DNA from: an uncultured Pelagibacteraceae bacterium
GTDB lineage: Bacteria > Pseudomonadota > Alphaproteobacteria > Pelagibacterales > AG-422-B15
Direction of reading: 5' to 3'
Length of the DNA: 64,000 nucleotides
Assembly (NCBI GenBank): GCA_902610585.1
Contig: CACLWE010000001.1
Coordinates: 110,970-174,969 of the forward strand
In this document: positions 52,762 to 61,974 of the stretch, in pieces
Layout of the letters: each line of letters opens with the position of its first letter
Numbering within the stretch: position 1 is the first letter of the stretch
Notes under the pieces: generated by a model
What the model was told of the DNA's origin: nothing
The model's database searches: none
What the model saw: only the letters and a program-made list of their open reading frames with translations
Translations under genes and position numbers: made by a program

Positions 52762-54498
52762 ATGTGTGGCTTTTCAGTAATCTTAAATTCCAATAAAAAT
52801 AAGTCAGAACAATTAAAATTAATTAAAGAAATGAATCGTTCTATTCAGAATAGAGGACCAGATCATTCAGGAGTCTATAATGATGAGTATATCATCTTGG
52901 GTCATCAAAGGTTGTCAATTATTGATTTAAGCAGCGCCTCTAACCAACCAATGATTAATAATGAGTATGTGATTGTTTTCAATGGTGAAATTTATAATTT
53001 TAAAGATATAAGATCTGAATTGATTTCTGTTCACAATGAGAAGTTCGAGACTCATGGCGATACTGAGGTGCTACTTAAATCATATAAATATTGGGGTAAA
53101 GATTGTCTAAAAAAACTAAATGGTATTTTTTCATTTGCGATATGGAATCGAAAAAAGAAAGAACTATTTTGCGCCAGAGACAGATTTGGTGTTAAACCAA
53201 TTTATTATGCTTTTCAAAATGATGGAGAATTTATTTGTTCATCAGAAGTCAAAGGAATTTTTGCTTACGGTAAAAAAAAATCACCTAATTACAATACATT
53301 AAAGCATTATTTAATTCAGGGTGTTTATGGGTATAATGGACAAACTTTCTTTGAAGATATTTTTCAGTTACAAGCTGGGCATTATCTATACCTCAATAGT
53401 AATAATCAAATTACAGTGGAGAAATACTATCAGCTTGAGGATAGTATTAAAAACTCAACAAAATACAAAAGTGAAATGGAGGCATACGAGGAATATTCAA
53501 AATTAATTAATGATAGTATTCAATTACAACTTGTAAGTGATGTAAATTTAGGGGTAACACTTAGTAGTGGTTTAGACTCTTCTATATTATTTTCTCATGC
53601 ATTAGCAAACACAAATAAAAATGATCTTACAGCCTATACTTATACGTTTAATGATAGTAAATATGACGAGTCAATATATGTTAAGGACTGGGTTGCAGAA
53701 AATAAATGGAGAAAGATTTCTTGTGGTGGATCTGATTTTTTTGATGATATAAAAAAATTAATCATTAATCAATGTGAGCCAATAGGCGGCTTATCATTAC
53801 TTGGTGTTTCAGAGATATTTAAAACAGGACGTACACTTGATGATACAATTGTATATTTGTGCGGTGAAGGAATTGATGAGCAATGGTGCGGTTATGATTA
53901 CTATCAAGAGGCAAAAAAAACGAATTTACAGAATATTAGTATGATTCAGGGAACTAATAGTGCCATTAATAAAGGAATTCTTCATGAAGACTTTAAACAA
54001 TTTTATGAGAAAATAATATTTCCCACTCCATTTGAAACAAATATTGATAATCTAAAATTTAGAGACTTATTTCTCACAAAGGTACCTCGAAATTTAGGAT
54101 TTCTTGATAGAATTAGCATGCTCTATAGTGTTGAAGCAAGAGTTCCATTTTTAGATCATAGACTTGTTGAAGCTAGTTTTCGGTTACCTGAAAAATTTAT
54201 GTTAAAAAAAAATCAAGGTAAATATTTACTAAGAGATTGGTACAGTCAAAAACTTCCTAATTATGCAACTAGAAAAACTAAGCAATTTATTCAAAGTCCA
54301 CAAAGAGAATGGCTTGGAAATAGTGAGTATATCGAAGATATGATAAGTTCCAAAAGTTTCAAAGAGAGATCAATTTTTAATAATAAAGAGGTTAAAAAAT
54401 CCTTTAAAAGGTATAAAAATGGAGTCTTTGATAATTCCTTTTTTATATGGCAATGGCTTAATATAGAAATCTGGTTTCAAACAATTATTGAAAATTAA
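52762..54498 (+). CDS. asparagine synthetase B-type glutamine amidotransferase (sugar/carboxylate amidotransferase candidate)
   Basis: Has the N-terminal nucleophile in MCGF and a GHQRLSI.D motif. The PP-loop variant reads LSSGLDSS. Size is 578 aa. Confidence 0.85.
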   Translation: MCGFSVILNSNKNKSEQLKLIKEMNRSIQNRGPDHSGVYNDEYIILGHQRLSIIDLSSASNQPMINNEYVIVFNGEIYNFKDIRSELISVHNEKFETHGDTEVLLKSYKYWGKDCLKKLNGIFSFAIWNRKKKELFCARDRFGVKPIYYAFQNDGEFICSSEVKGIFAYGKKKSPNYNTLKHYLIQGVYGYNGQTFFEDIFQLQAGHYLYLNSNNQITVEKYYQLEDSIKNSTKYKSEMEAYEEYSKLINDSIQLQLVSDVNLGVTLSSGLDSSILFSHALANTNKNDLTAYTYTFNDSKYDESIYVKDWVAENKWRKISCGGSDFFDDIKKLIINQCEPIGGLSLLGVSEIFKTGRTLDDTIVYLCGEGIDEQWCGYDYYQEAKKTNLQNISMIQGTNSAINKGILHEDFKQFYEKIIFPTPFETNIDNLKFRDLFLTKVPRNLGFLDRISMLYSVEARVPFLDHRLVEASFRLPEKFMLKKNQGKYLLRDWYSQKLPNYATRKTKQFIQSPQREWLGNSEYIEDMISSKSFKERSIFNNKEVKKSFKRYKNGVFDNSFFIWQWLNIEIWFQTIIEN

Positions 54499-54512
54499 TT
54501 ACAAATCCAAGT

Positions 54513-54680
54513 ATAAAAACAGCGTTTATAATAGAAACACAGTTTGAGTATCGCTATCTTGGTCCGTTTATAGAAATATATTTATTCACCTGACTTGAAA
54601 TATTCGAGCAAGTTTATTTACAAAGTGACTTTAAAGGGTTAAATTTCTTCAATCTTAAACTGATCAATCAAAAATAGAGA
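54513..54680 (+). pseudogene. decayed 5' fragment of a paralogue of the 428-aa gene at 55845-57131
   Basis: The frame from 54513 reads (ATA)KTAFIIETQFEYRYLGPFIEIYLFT and then TGA. The intact gene begins MKTGFVIESQSEYRQLGPLIDELLLN, giving 14/26 identical residues plus conservative changes. Weaker similarity (EQVYL vs EDVYI) continues past the stop. The ATG has become ATA. Confidence 0.6.
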
Positions 54681-54686
54681 AAATAC

Positions 54687-55733
54687 ATGGAATCAAAAAA
54701 TAAATTGAAAATGAGAAAGAATCTTTTTTCTAAAGAAAAATTATTTTTTAATAAATTAAAAAAAATAATTAAGTCTCAACCCTATTTTGTGATTATTGTA
54801 CTTCACGAATATTTTCGTAACATTTACCCATCAGATCCCCACATAAAATTTAAGAACCAAGATGCATATTCAAGAATTAATAATAAACTTGATGAACTTT
54901 TAGAAGCAATCAAGATTTTTTCTTCGTTTGGTGTCTATTCACTTAATTTTGATTTTAAAAAAAATAGGCAGGAAATTAAGAAAAAAACAGGCGCACTTTA
55001 TGGTGATCTTTGGGAGATTTTGACAAAAGAAGAAAACTTAAGAGCTAAAGACTTTATAATAAAAAGATTTAAAAAAAATATAAATGTAAAAAATTATTTT
55101 AAAAACAAAATTGTTCTCGATGTAGGCTGTGGAGATGGTCGTTATTCTCACGCGATATGTCAGCTAGGAGCAAAAAAAGTGTATGGAATTGACTATGGCA
55201 CCAAGGGACTTTCTATTGGAAGAAAAATTTTTAAAACAAAAAAATTAACTCTTAAACAAGCAGATGCACTGAAGATCCCTTTCAAAGATAATACTTTTGA
55301 TTTTGTATGGAATAGTGGCGTTGCACATCATACAACTAATTTTGAAAAAGCAATAAAAGAATTGGTAAGAGTATGTAAAGATAAAGGGCAAATATATTTT
55401 TATGTTTATGGGAAAGGTGGAATTTTATGGTCATCAAGAAGAAAAATGAACGAGCTTATAAAAAATAATATTCCCCAAGAATACTCACAACAGATACTAA
55501 ATATGATTGGCATGCCCTCAAACAGATGGATATTCATGGATAATTGGTATGTGCCTATAGAAAGGCATAATACTTACAGTGAGGTAATAAAAATATTTAA
55601 TAAATTGGGTGTAAGAAAAATTGAAAAAATAAAATCAGGTAGATCAATTGATTTACATATTGCTGCTACTGAGGATAAAAATGGAGAACTTATTTGGGGT
55701 AATGGTGAGATAAGATTATTAATTACTAAATAA
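54687..55733 (+). CDS. class I SAM-dependent methyltransferase with a ~130-aa N-terminal extension
   Basis: Contains VLDVGCGDGRYS, FDFVWNSGVAHH and DKGQIYFYVYG motifs. Size is 348 aa. Confidence 0.8.
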   Translation: MESKNKLKMRKNLFSKEKLFFNKLKKIIKSQPYFVIIVLHEYFRNIYPSDPHIKFKNQDAYSRINNKLDELLEAIKIFSSFGVYSLNFDFKKNRQEIKKKTGALYGDLWEILTKEENLRAKDFIIKRFKKNINVKNYFKNKIVLDVGCGDGRYSHAICQLGAKKVYGIDYGTKGLSIGRKIFKTKKLTLKQADALKIPFKDNTFDFVWNSGVAHHTTNFEKAIKELVRVCKDKGQIYFYVYGKGGILWSSRRKMNELIKNNIPQEYSQQILNMIGMPSNRWIFMDNWYVPIERHNTYSEVIKIFNKLGVRKIEKIKSGRSIDLHIAATEDKNGELIWGNGEIRLLITK

Positions 55734-55844
55734 AAAGAATATTAAAAGTTAGAACAAATGAAGCAATTATCGTCAAAATTTAAATATATTTAATTTTTAT
55801 TTATGGTTTTAAAAAATCTTTTAAAATTATGCAAGTTGCTCTAA

Positions 55845-57131
55845 ATGAAGACTGGGTTTGTAATAGAATCTCAAAGTGAATACCGCCAATTGGGACCTCT
55901 TATTGATGAACTTTTACTTAATAAAGAAGATGTTTATATCTTTATAAATAGTGGTTTTTACTCTCTTTTAATGAAAAATTCAATTAGGCCCTGGTTAGTG
56001 CCCAATCAAGAAAACGTTCCAAATTTTATGAACGGGAAACCAATGATAGTTTTTACTCAAGATGAAAAAGATATTTGTGAGAAAATATGTAATACAAAAC
56101 CTGACCAATTATTTTTTCATTCAGGTGTTCACCCAGATAGTAATCTTGTTTTTCGACCAAGAAAGTATATTCAATATTTAAAACAAGAACTCAATAGAAA
56201 AACAAAATTTTACAGTTTTGCTGGAGAGTATTACGATAGTGCACTCTGGGGATTAGAAGCAATTCAAGGATTCGATAATATATTTATTATCAATGAACAT
56301 GCTAAAAAAGTTCAGTTTGATATTTTAAATAAAAGAAATTATGAAAAACAAGACATTAAAAATTCATTTAATAAATTAGTAGTTAGTGGGAAACCAGTTT
56401 TAGACCATATTATAAATCAAAAAATACCTGATTTAAAAGACTCAGTTATATTAATGACTCACAACTTCTCAAACAGTCAGTTTAGTAGAATTTGCTTTGC
56501 AAATAATAAATATATACAACTTCTTAAAATCTTTATAAAGGAAGACAAATTTGATTATAAGACCTTATCTCACTTATTCAAAAACACTTCATATAAAGAC
56601 ATTATTTCAACGATTTATAAATCATCAAAAGGATCAAAACTTAACTTCATTATACAATCAAGAGCAAAAGACTCTCAAAATAAAGTGTATCAAAATTTTT
56701 ACGCCCTAAATAGCGATATTTATAATTTAGATGGGAATAAAATACCGTATCCAAATATTAATACGCACCAAATGATTATGAATTCGAAAAAACTTATTGC
56801 TTTTAAATCGTTTTCTTTCATTGAAGCAGTGATTTCAAAAACTAAGGCGCTTCACTTAGAAATACCGACTGAGAATGCTTTCCATAAGATTGATAAGTAT
56901 AATATTTTCAATAAGTCAGTGAGAGGATGTGATCAAGGATCTCTAAATAATTACAAGAGTTGTATTCAAAGTATTAAATGGCATAATTTAAAAAAAATAG
57001 AGCAATTTATTGAAAAAGATGAACCAATTTTAGAGCATGATAGAAATGAATATTTGGAGAAATACGTTTACCCTCCTAATTTTGACACGTCAAGTGAGTT
57101 CATTTATAAAACCATTTTGGAAAATCACTAA
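55845..57131 (+). CDS. hypothetical protein (428 aa), possible GT-B-fold glycosyl/phosphoglycosyl-transferase-like
   Basis: A long ORF with no motif I can name. The C-terminal half has a Rossmann-like alternation and an S.S..EA pattern (KSFSFIEAVISKTKAL). A decayed paralogue fragment lies at 54513. Confidence 0.55.
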   Translation: MKTGFVIESQSEYRQLGPLIDELLLNKEDVYIFINSGFYSLLMKNSIRPWLVPNQENVPNFMNGKPMIVFTQDEKDICEKICNTKPDQLFFHSGVHPDSNLVFRPRKYIQYLKQELNRKTKFYSFAGEYYDSALWGLEAIQGFDNIFIINEHAKKVQFDILNKRNYEKQDIKNSFNKLVVSGKPVLDHIINQKIPDLKDSVILMTHNFSNSQFSRICFANNKYIQLLKIFIKEDKFDYKTLSHLFKNTSYKDIISTIYKSSKGSKLNFIIQSRAKDSQNKVYQNFYALNSDIYNLDGNKIPYPNINTHQMIMNSKKLIAFKSFSFIEAVISKTKALHLEIPTENAFHKIDKYNIFNKSVRGCDQGSLNNYKSCIQSIKWHNLKKIEQFIEKDEPILEHDRNEYLEKYVYPPNFDTSSEFIYKTILENH

Positions 57132-57151
57132 AAAAAATTATAAATAAACAC

Positions 57152-57817
57152 ATGGGTGACTCAAATAAAATTATATTGCCGTTTCAAAAAAAAGTTGTTG
57201 ACCAATTTTTGAAGAATAAAGATTCTGATGAAATTAATAAAATAGCATTTCTAGGTAGCAGAAAACACAACTTAGAATTTAGTAATACAGTTGAAAGCTA
57301 TTGTAAAATGAAATTTAATGCAAATCATATTGATACATATGACATATTAGATGATGGTTGGGATTTAAATAATGACTGGAATATCAAAGGCTATGACTTA
57401 GTTATTTGTCTTAGAGCAACTCCATTTATTAAGTCAAAGAATCATTTTTTTACTCAATTGAAGGCTTGCTGCGATGATAACAAAAGAGTTTTATTTGATT
57501 TTACGATATATTCTGGAAGTATTTCTAAAAATAATGATGATGAATTTAAATCATTAATACCACCATTTAGCAATCGTGTAAGATTGCCTCCCCATAAACT
57601 AGAGACATTGAGTTATGATTTTAGAAATCAAATAAGCAAAATATTACAATATAGATTAATTTTATTTTACGGAATGGGTCTTAAATATCTTAAAAATGAA
57701 ATGATTAATAGTTTTAATTATGAAGACTTAGTAAATAGCAGCTTAGTTCCAAAAAACTCCATTTACTATTTTAATCATATAAAACGTGATTTATTAGCAT
57801 TTTTATATTGGGATTAA
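57152..57817 (+). CDS. hypothetical protein (221 aa)
   Basis: An ORF with a plausible start 20 nt after the upstream stop. It shows weak Rossmann-like strand patterns (KIAFLGS...YDLVICLR) but no SAM-binding glycine motif. Confidence 0.5.
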   Translation: MGDSNKIILPFQKKVVDQFLKNKDSDEINKIAFLGSRKHNLEFSNTVESYCKMKFNANHIDTYDILDDGWDLNNDWNIKGYDLVICLRATPFIKSKNHFFTQLKACCDDNKRVLFDFTIYSGSISKNNDDEFKSLIPPFSNRVRLPPHKLETLSYDFRNQISKILQYRLILFYGMGLKYLKNEMINSFNYEDLVNSSLVPKNSIYYFNHIKRDLLAFLYWD

Positions 57818-57856
57818 GAATAAGAAAAAATTATAAGTCTCAAATACGATTTTAGA

Positions 57857-59011
57857 CTAGGAGTATAGTTCTTTCCAAAATCTTTCTTTATTAGTTTCAA
57901 ACCAATTATCAAGAAAAATATCAATAGTGTCTTTATAACCTTTTATATTTTCTGTTGAAATTTTATTAAAAATTAGATTTTTATTAATCATATCTTTAAT
58001 AGGCGGTGAAATATAGTCAGTATTGTTTATAATATTTTTTTTACTGCCAGGAAAAGGACAATAAACAGGACACTTCATCAAAGCCGCTTCAACAGATGCA
58101 ATTCCACTTTGATCAGAAAGATATAAAAGTTCTGATATGTACAAAAGCTTATAAATTGCTGATGGAAATCCCTCGTTATGATTAATTTCTAAATCAATTA
58201 GATGTTTTATTTTAGATGTATCAATATTAGGAGATTTTTTAACTTTATAAAAATCTATGTCTTTAGGATCTACTCTTCTTCTGCAGATGATGAAATAACC
58301 ATTAGTTTTTAGTAATTCAAGATTAGATCTTACTGAGTCCATGTATTCACTGTCTGATTTGAAAAAGCTAAAACCGTTTCCAGCTTTTCTAAAGCTAAAT
58401 AAAGCTATTTTTTTATTTTTTGGGATACCAAATTCTTCTTTAATATTGTTAATCCCAATATCATCCAAGATTTCTCTTGTGCAACCAAGTATGTCGACAT
58501 AATTCACCTTATCCATATTTTGTATAAGTAAACTATCATCAATCCCATCCATTAATTCCCAGTTATTAACCATTTGAGGATTTAACCAGTTTCTACCTGA
58601 AAACATTATTTTAAAATTAATTTTTTTCTTTAAAAAGTACGGGAGACAGAGATTTAATCTGGTATAAAAAATACGATTGATGCAAATGATCCGATATTTA
58701 ATTCTTTTACTTGGTTTTATTACATATAAATCAAGTCCACGTGTTAAATGAACTTTTGTTCTAAGCATAATCCATTTGTAAGCAATGTATGATTTTACAT
58801 GATAAAAATCATTTTTAGAAAAATAATTTTGTAAATCAACTATTTGTTCATTCGAAAATTCTTTTTTTAGATATTTTCTTTTATACTTATATTTATACTG
58901 ATCTTTTTTGTAGAAATCTAAAGCTAATATTTTTACCCTCTGCGGTGAAAGCTTATAAATTATTTTTGCTAGTTGTATATCTTTACTATCATATAGTGCA
59001 AAAGTAATCAT
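57857..59011 (-). CDS. hypothetical protein (384 aa), possible GT-B / capsule-synthesis-like transferase
   Basis: The C-terminal pattern LYLSDQSGIASVEAALMKCPVY resembles the donor-binding helix region of GT-B and KpsS/KpsC-type enzymes. This is the only minus-strand gene in this part of the island. Confidence 0.55.
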   Translation of the reverse strand: MITFALYDSKDIQLAKIIYKLSPQRVKILALDFYKKDQYKYKYKRKYLKKEFSNEQIVDLQNYFSKNDFYHVKSYIAYKWIMLRTKVHLTRGLDLYVIKPSKRIKYRIICINRIFYTRLNLCLPYFLKKKINFKIMFSGRNWLNPQMVNNWELMDGIDDSLLIQNMDKVNYVDILGCTREILDDIGINNIKEEFGIPKNKKIALFSFRKAGNGFSFFKSDSEYMDSVRSNLELLKTNGYFIICRRRVDPKDIDFYKVKKSPNIDTSKIKHLIDLEINHNEGFPSAIYKLLYISELLYLSDQSGIASVEAALMKCPVYCPFPGSKKNIINNTDYISPPIKDMINKNLIFNKISTENIKGYKDTIDIFLDNWFETNKERFWKELYS

Positions 59012-59201
59012 GATTATAATCTAATGGCTAAATTGTTTAAAATTCACTAATTGTTCTAAGTTTATTTAATTATATAGTAAGTTTATAGCAATGAAATTCA
59101 ATTGTGATATTATCTAGTTATATATATATAATCTTTAATTATGATTATTTATATCTAGTTTAAATAATATATTCATAAATTAGCCTTTATTTATTTAGTA
59201 T

Positions 59202-60944
59202 ATGTCTTCTTCTTTAAAAAAAATTTTTAGTATCTTAAATTTCAGTCAAAAAAGAAAAGTACTAATTTTGTTTATTGCAATGGTCATTGTAATTTTTTTT
59301 GAAATGCTAAGTTTAGCTGCCGTAATTCCATTTATTGCTGTAGTCCTGGGCGAAAGTGAATCTTATTTTTTTTCTAATGTTTTTATGCAAGATTTTTATT
59401 CTTTATATAATAAAAATCAGATTATTTATTTTTGTAGCATATTATTACTTAGCGCTTTTTTAATAAAGGCAACTCTCTTAATATTTTTAACCTGGCTTCA
59501 ATCAAAATTTATCGTTTCTTTGAGAAATGAATTATCTGAAGTTCTTTTTGATTATTACATGAAATATCAACCATTTTTAAGTCATGTTATGAGAAGTTCA
59601 CCGGAACTTATTAGGAATATCAATTCTTATGTAACAGCTGCTATTCAAGGATATTTAAACAGTCTTCTATTATATATTTTAGAGGCCTTTATAATTGCAA
59701 GCATCTGTTTATTTTTATTAATTTATGAGCCTGTAGGATTTTTTATAAGTTTATTTGTATTTGGAATATCAGTTTCCTGTTATTATTTGTACACTAGAAA
59801 AAAATTCACTTATTGGAGCGAGGGCCAGCTTCATCATGATAAACTTCGACTTAAAGCGCTATTTGAAGGTTTGCAAGCAATTAAAGAAATTAGAATTTTA
59901 AGAAGACAAGAAAAGTTTATTAATTCATTTATATATAATCAGGAAAAAAGCCTGGAAATAGGAATTAATCTTATTGTTTTCAACGCAATTCCAAGAATTG
60001 CACTAGAATTTTTAGCTGTATTTGCCATGTCAGTTATGGTGATTTATTTAAATTTAAGAGGATTTGATAACTCTCAAATTATTACGACATTAGGTTTATT
60101 TGCTGTCGCAGCTTTTAGAACGATGCCAGGACTAAATAAATTAACAGTTAATCTACAAAACATGAAATATGGTGCAGTGCATGTAGATTTCCTCTACGAA
60201 GAAATATCTAATTTAAACAATGAGATAAATAATGAGAAAATTAATTATTCAGAATTTAAAGACAAAAAAATTAATTCATTCAAAGAAATTCAAATTTCAA
60301 ATATCAGGTTCAAATATAAAAGAGATAAAGAATTAAAAACACTCAACGATATATCTTTTAGTATTAAAAAAAATGAAACAATTGGAATAATTGGTCCTAG
60401 TGGCTCGGGTAAAAGTACACTTATAAATTTAATAATGGGGCTATTTAGCCCTGACGAGGGTGAGATTTTTTTAGATGGAGTGAATATAAATCATGTTAAA
60501 GAATCTTATCAAAAATTAATTGGCTATGTGTCTCAAAATATTTATTTATCTGATGATACAATCAGAAACAATATAGCTTTTGGTATCAATCCAAAAAATA
60601 TAGATAATGAGAAGATATTGAAGGTAATCAAATTAGCATCCTTAGAAGAGTTTGTTGGCTCTTTACCAGATAGAGAAAATACTATTGTTGGTGAAACAGG
60701 AGCAAGAATATCAGGTGGTGAGAAACAAAGAATTGGTATTGCACGAGCCCTTTACAATGATCCAAAATTATTAGTTCTTGATGAAGCCACCAGTTCCCTG
60801 GATACGATTACTGAAGAAAATATTATCTCAAGTGTTATCAATAATTTTAAAGGCAAGATTACTATGATAATCATTTCACATCGTAAGTCTCCAATTAAAG
60901 ACTGTGACAAAATAATTGACTTAGAAAAAATATCCAAATTGTGA
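59202..60944 (+). CDS. fused TMD-NBD ABC exporter (MsbA/PglK-type half transporter)
   Basis: Six N-terminal TM helices precede Walker A GPSGSGKST, signature ISGGEKQRIGIARA and Walker B LLVLDEATSSLD. Size is 580 aa. Confidence 0.9.
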   Translation: MSSSLKKIFSILNFSQKRKVLILFIAMVIVIFFEMLSLAAVIPFIAVVLGESESYFFSNVFMQDFYSLYNKNQIIYFCSILLLSAFLIKATLLIFLTWLQSKFIVSLRNELSEVLFDYYMKYQPFLSHVMRSSPELIRNINSYVTAAIQGYLNSLLLYILEAFIIASICLFLLIYEPVGFFISLFVFGISVSCYYLYTRKKFTYWSEGQLHHDKLRLKALFEGLQAIKEIRILRRQEKFINSFIYNQEKSLEIGINLIVFNAIPRIALEFLAVFAMSVMVIYLNLRGFDNSQIITTLGLFAVAAFRTMPGLNKLTVNLQNMKYGAVHVDFLYEEISNLNNEINNEKINYSEFKDKKINSFKEIQISNIRFKYKRDKELKTLNDISFSIKKNETIGIIGPSGSGKSTLINLIMGLFSPDEGEIFLDGVNINHVKESYQKLIGYVSQNIYLSDDTIRNNIAFGINPKNIDNEKILKVIKLASLEEFVGSLPDRENTIVGETGARISGGEKQRIGIARALYNDPKLLVLDEATSSLDTITEENIISSVINNFKGKITMIIISHRKSPIKDCDKIIDLEKISKL

Positions 60945-60960
60945 TATACAAAACTATTAA

Positions 60961-61974
60961 ATGATTTTCAATCCTTTCTCTAAAATATTTATGCACATGG
61001 AAAATAGTGGATGGGTACTTACAAGAGAAGCTGAAGCAGTAAAAAAAATATTAAAACAAATAAACATACCGCTTACAAATATACCAGTCAGACAGGTATG
61101 TTATTTACCTGATAAATACTATGCCATTAATCAAAGTCAATTCCATTTACTTGGAAACAGACAAGTTTTTGACTATTTTCACGGCATACCATCTGTTTCT
61201 CCTCAATTCTCAGAATTATTTAAGTCTCTCAAATTAAAAAAAAATAATTTTGCAAAAATTAGAGTTTCTAATAATTTAGTAAAAAATTTTTTTTTAAATG
61301 AAGGATTTTCTGAAAAAATTTCTATGATACCAATTGGTATTGACTTGAGTTTTTTTAGTAATATTGAAAAAAAAGAAAGTACTAAATTAAGAATTGCTTA
61401 TGATATTCCATTAAGTTCGGTGGTAGTAGGTTCATTTCAGAAAGATGGCGTAGGTTGGGGTGAAGGGAATGAACCAAAATTAATAAAAGGTCCTGACATT
61501 TTTTTGAAAACCATAGAGTTACTTAAAGAAGATATTACAGAGTTGTACGTATTATTAACGGGCCCATCTAGGGGTTATATGAAGAAAGGTCTAGCAAAGC
61601 TTAATATTCCTTATAAACATATCTATTTAAAAGATTATAGAGAAATCTCTAAATTTTATTCAATGCTTGATTTGTATTTAATTTCCTCAAGAGAAGAAGG
61701 TGGCCCAAAGTCAGTTTTAGAGTCAATGGCATCAGGTATACCAATTGTATCTACTCCTGTAGGGCAGGCATTTGATATGATAACAAATGATGTCAATGGT
61801 TATTCAAGTGAAACTTGGGACCCAGATGAATTAAAAACATTATCTTTAAAAGCAATAAATAAAAAAAACGACTTTAATAAAAATTCTAGACAAACTGCTG
61901 AACAATATGATTATTTTAAGCAGCAAGGTTTATGGAGAGATTTTTTTAATGATATTATGAAAAAAAATGACTAG
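60961..61974 (+). CDS. GT4-type (GT-B, retaining) glycosyltransferase family 1
   Basis: Has the C-terminal EX7E region SSREEGGPKSVLESMASGIPIVSTPVG. Confidence 0.8.
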   Translation: MIFNPFSKIFMHMENSGWVLTREAEAVKKILKQINIPLTNIPVRQVCYLPDKYYAINQSQFHLLGNRQVFDYFHGIPSVSPQFSELFKSLKLKKNNFAKIRVSNNLVKNFFLNEGFSEKISMIPIGIDLSFFSNIEKKESTKLRIAYDIPLSSVVVGSFQKDGVGWGEGNEPKLIKGPDIFLKTIELLKEDITELYVLLTGPSRGYMKKGLAKLNIPYKHIYLKDYREISKFYSMLDLYLISSREEGGPKSVLESMASGIPIVSTPVGQAFDMITNDVNGYSSETWDPDELKTLSLKAINKKNDFNKNSRQTAEQYDYFKQQGLWRDFFNDIMKKND

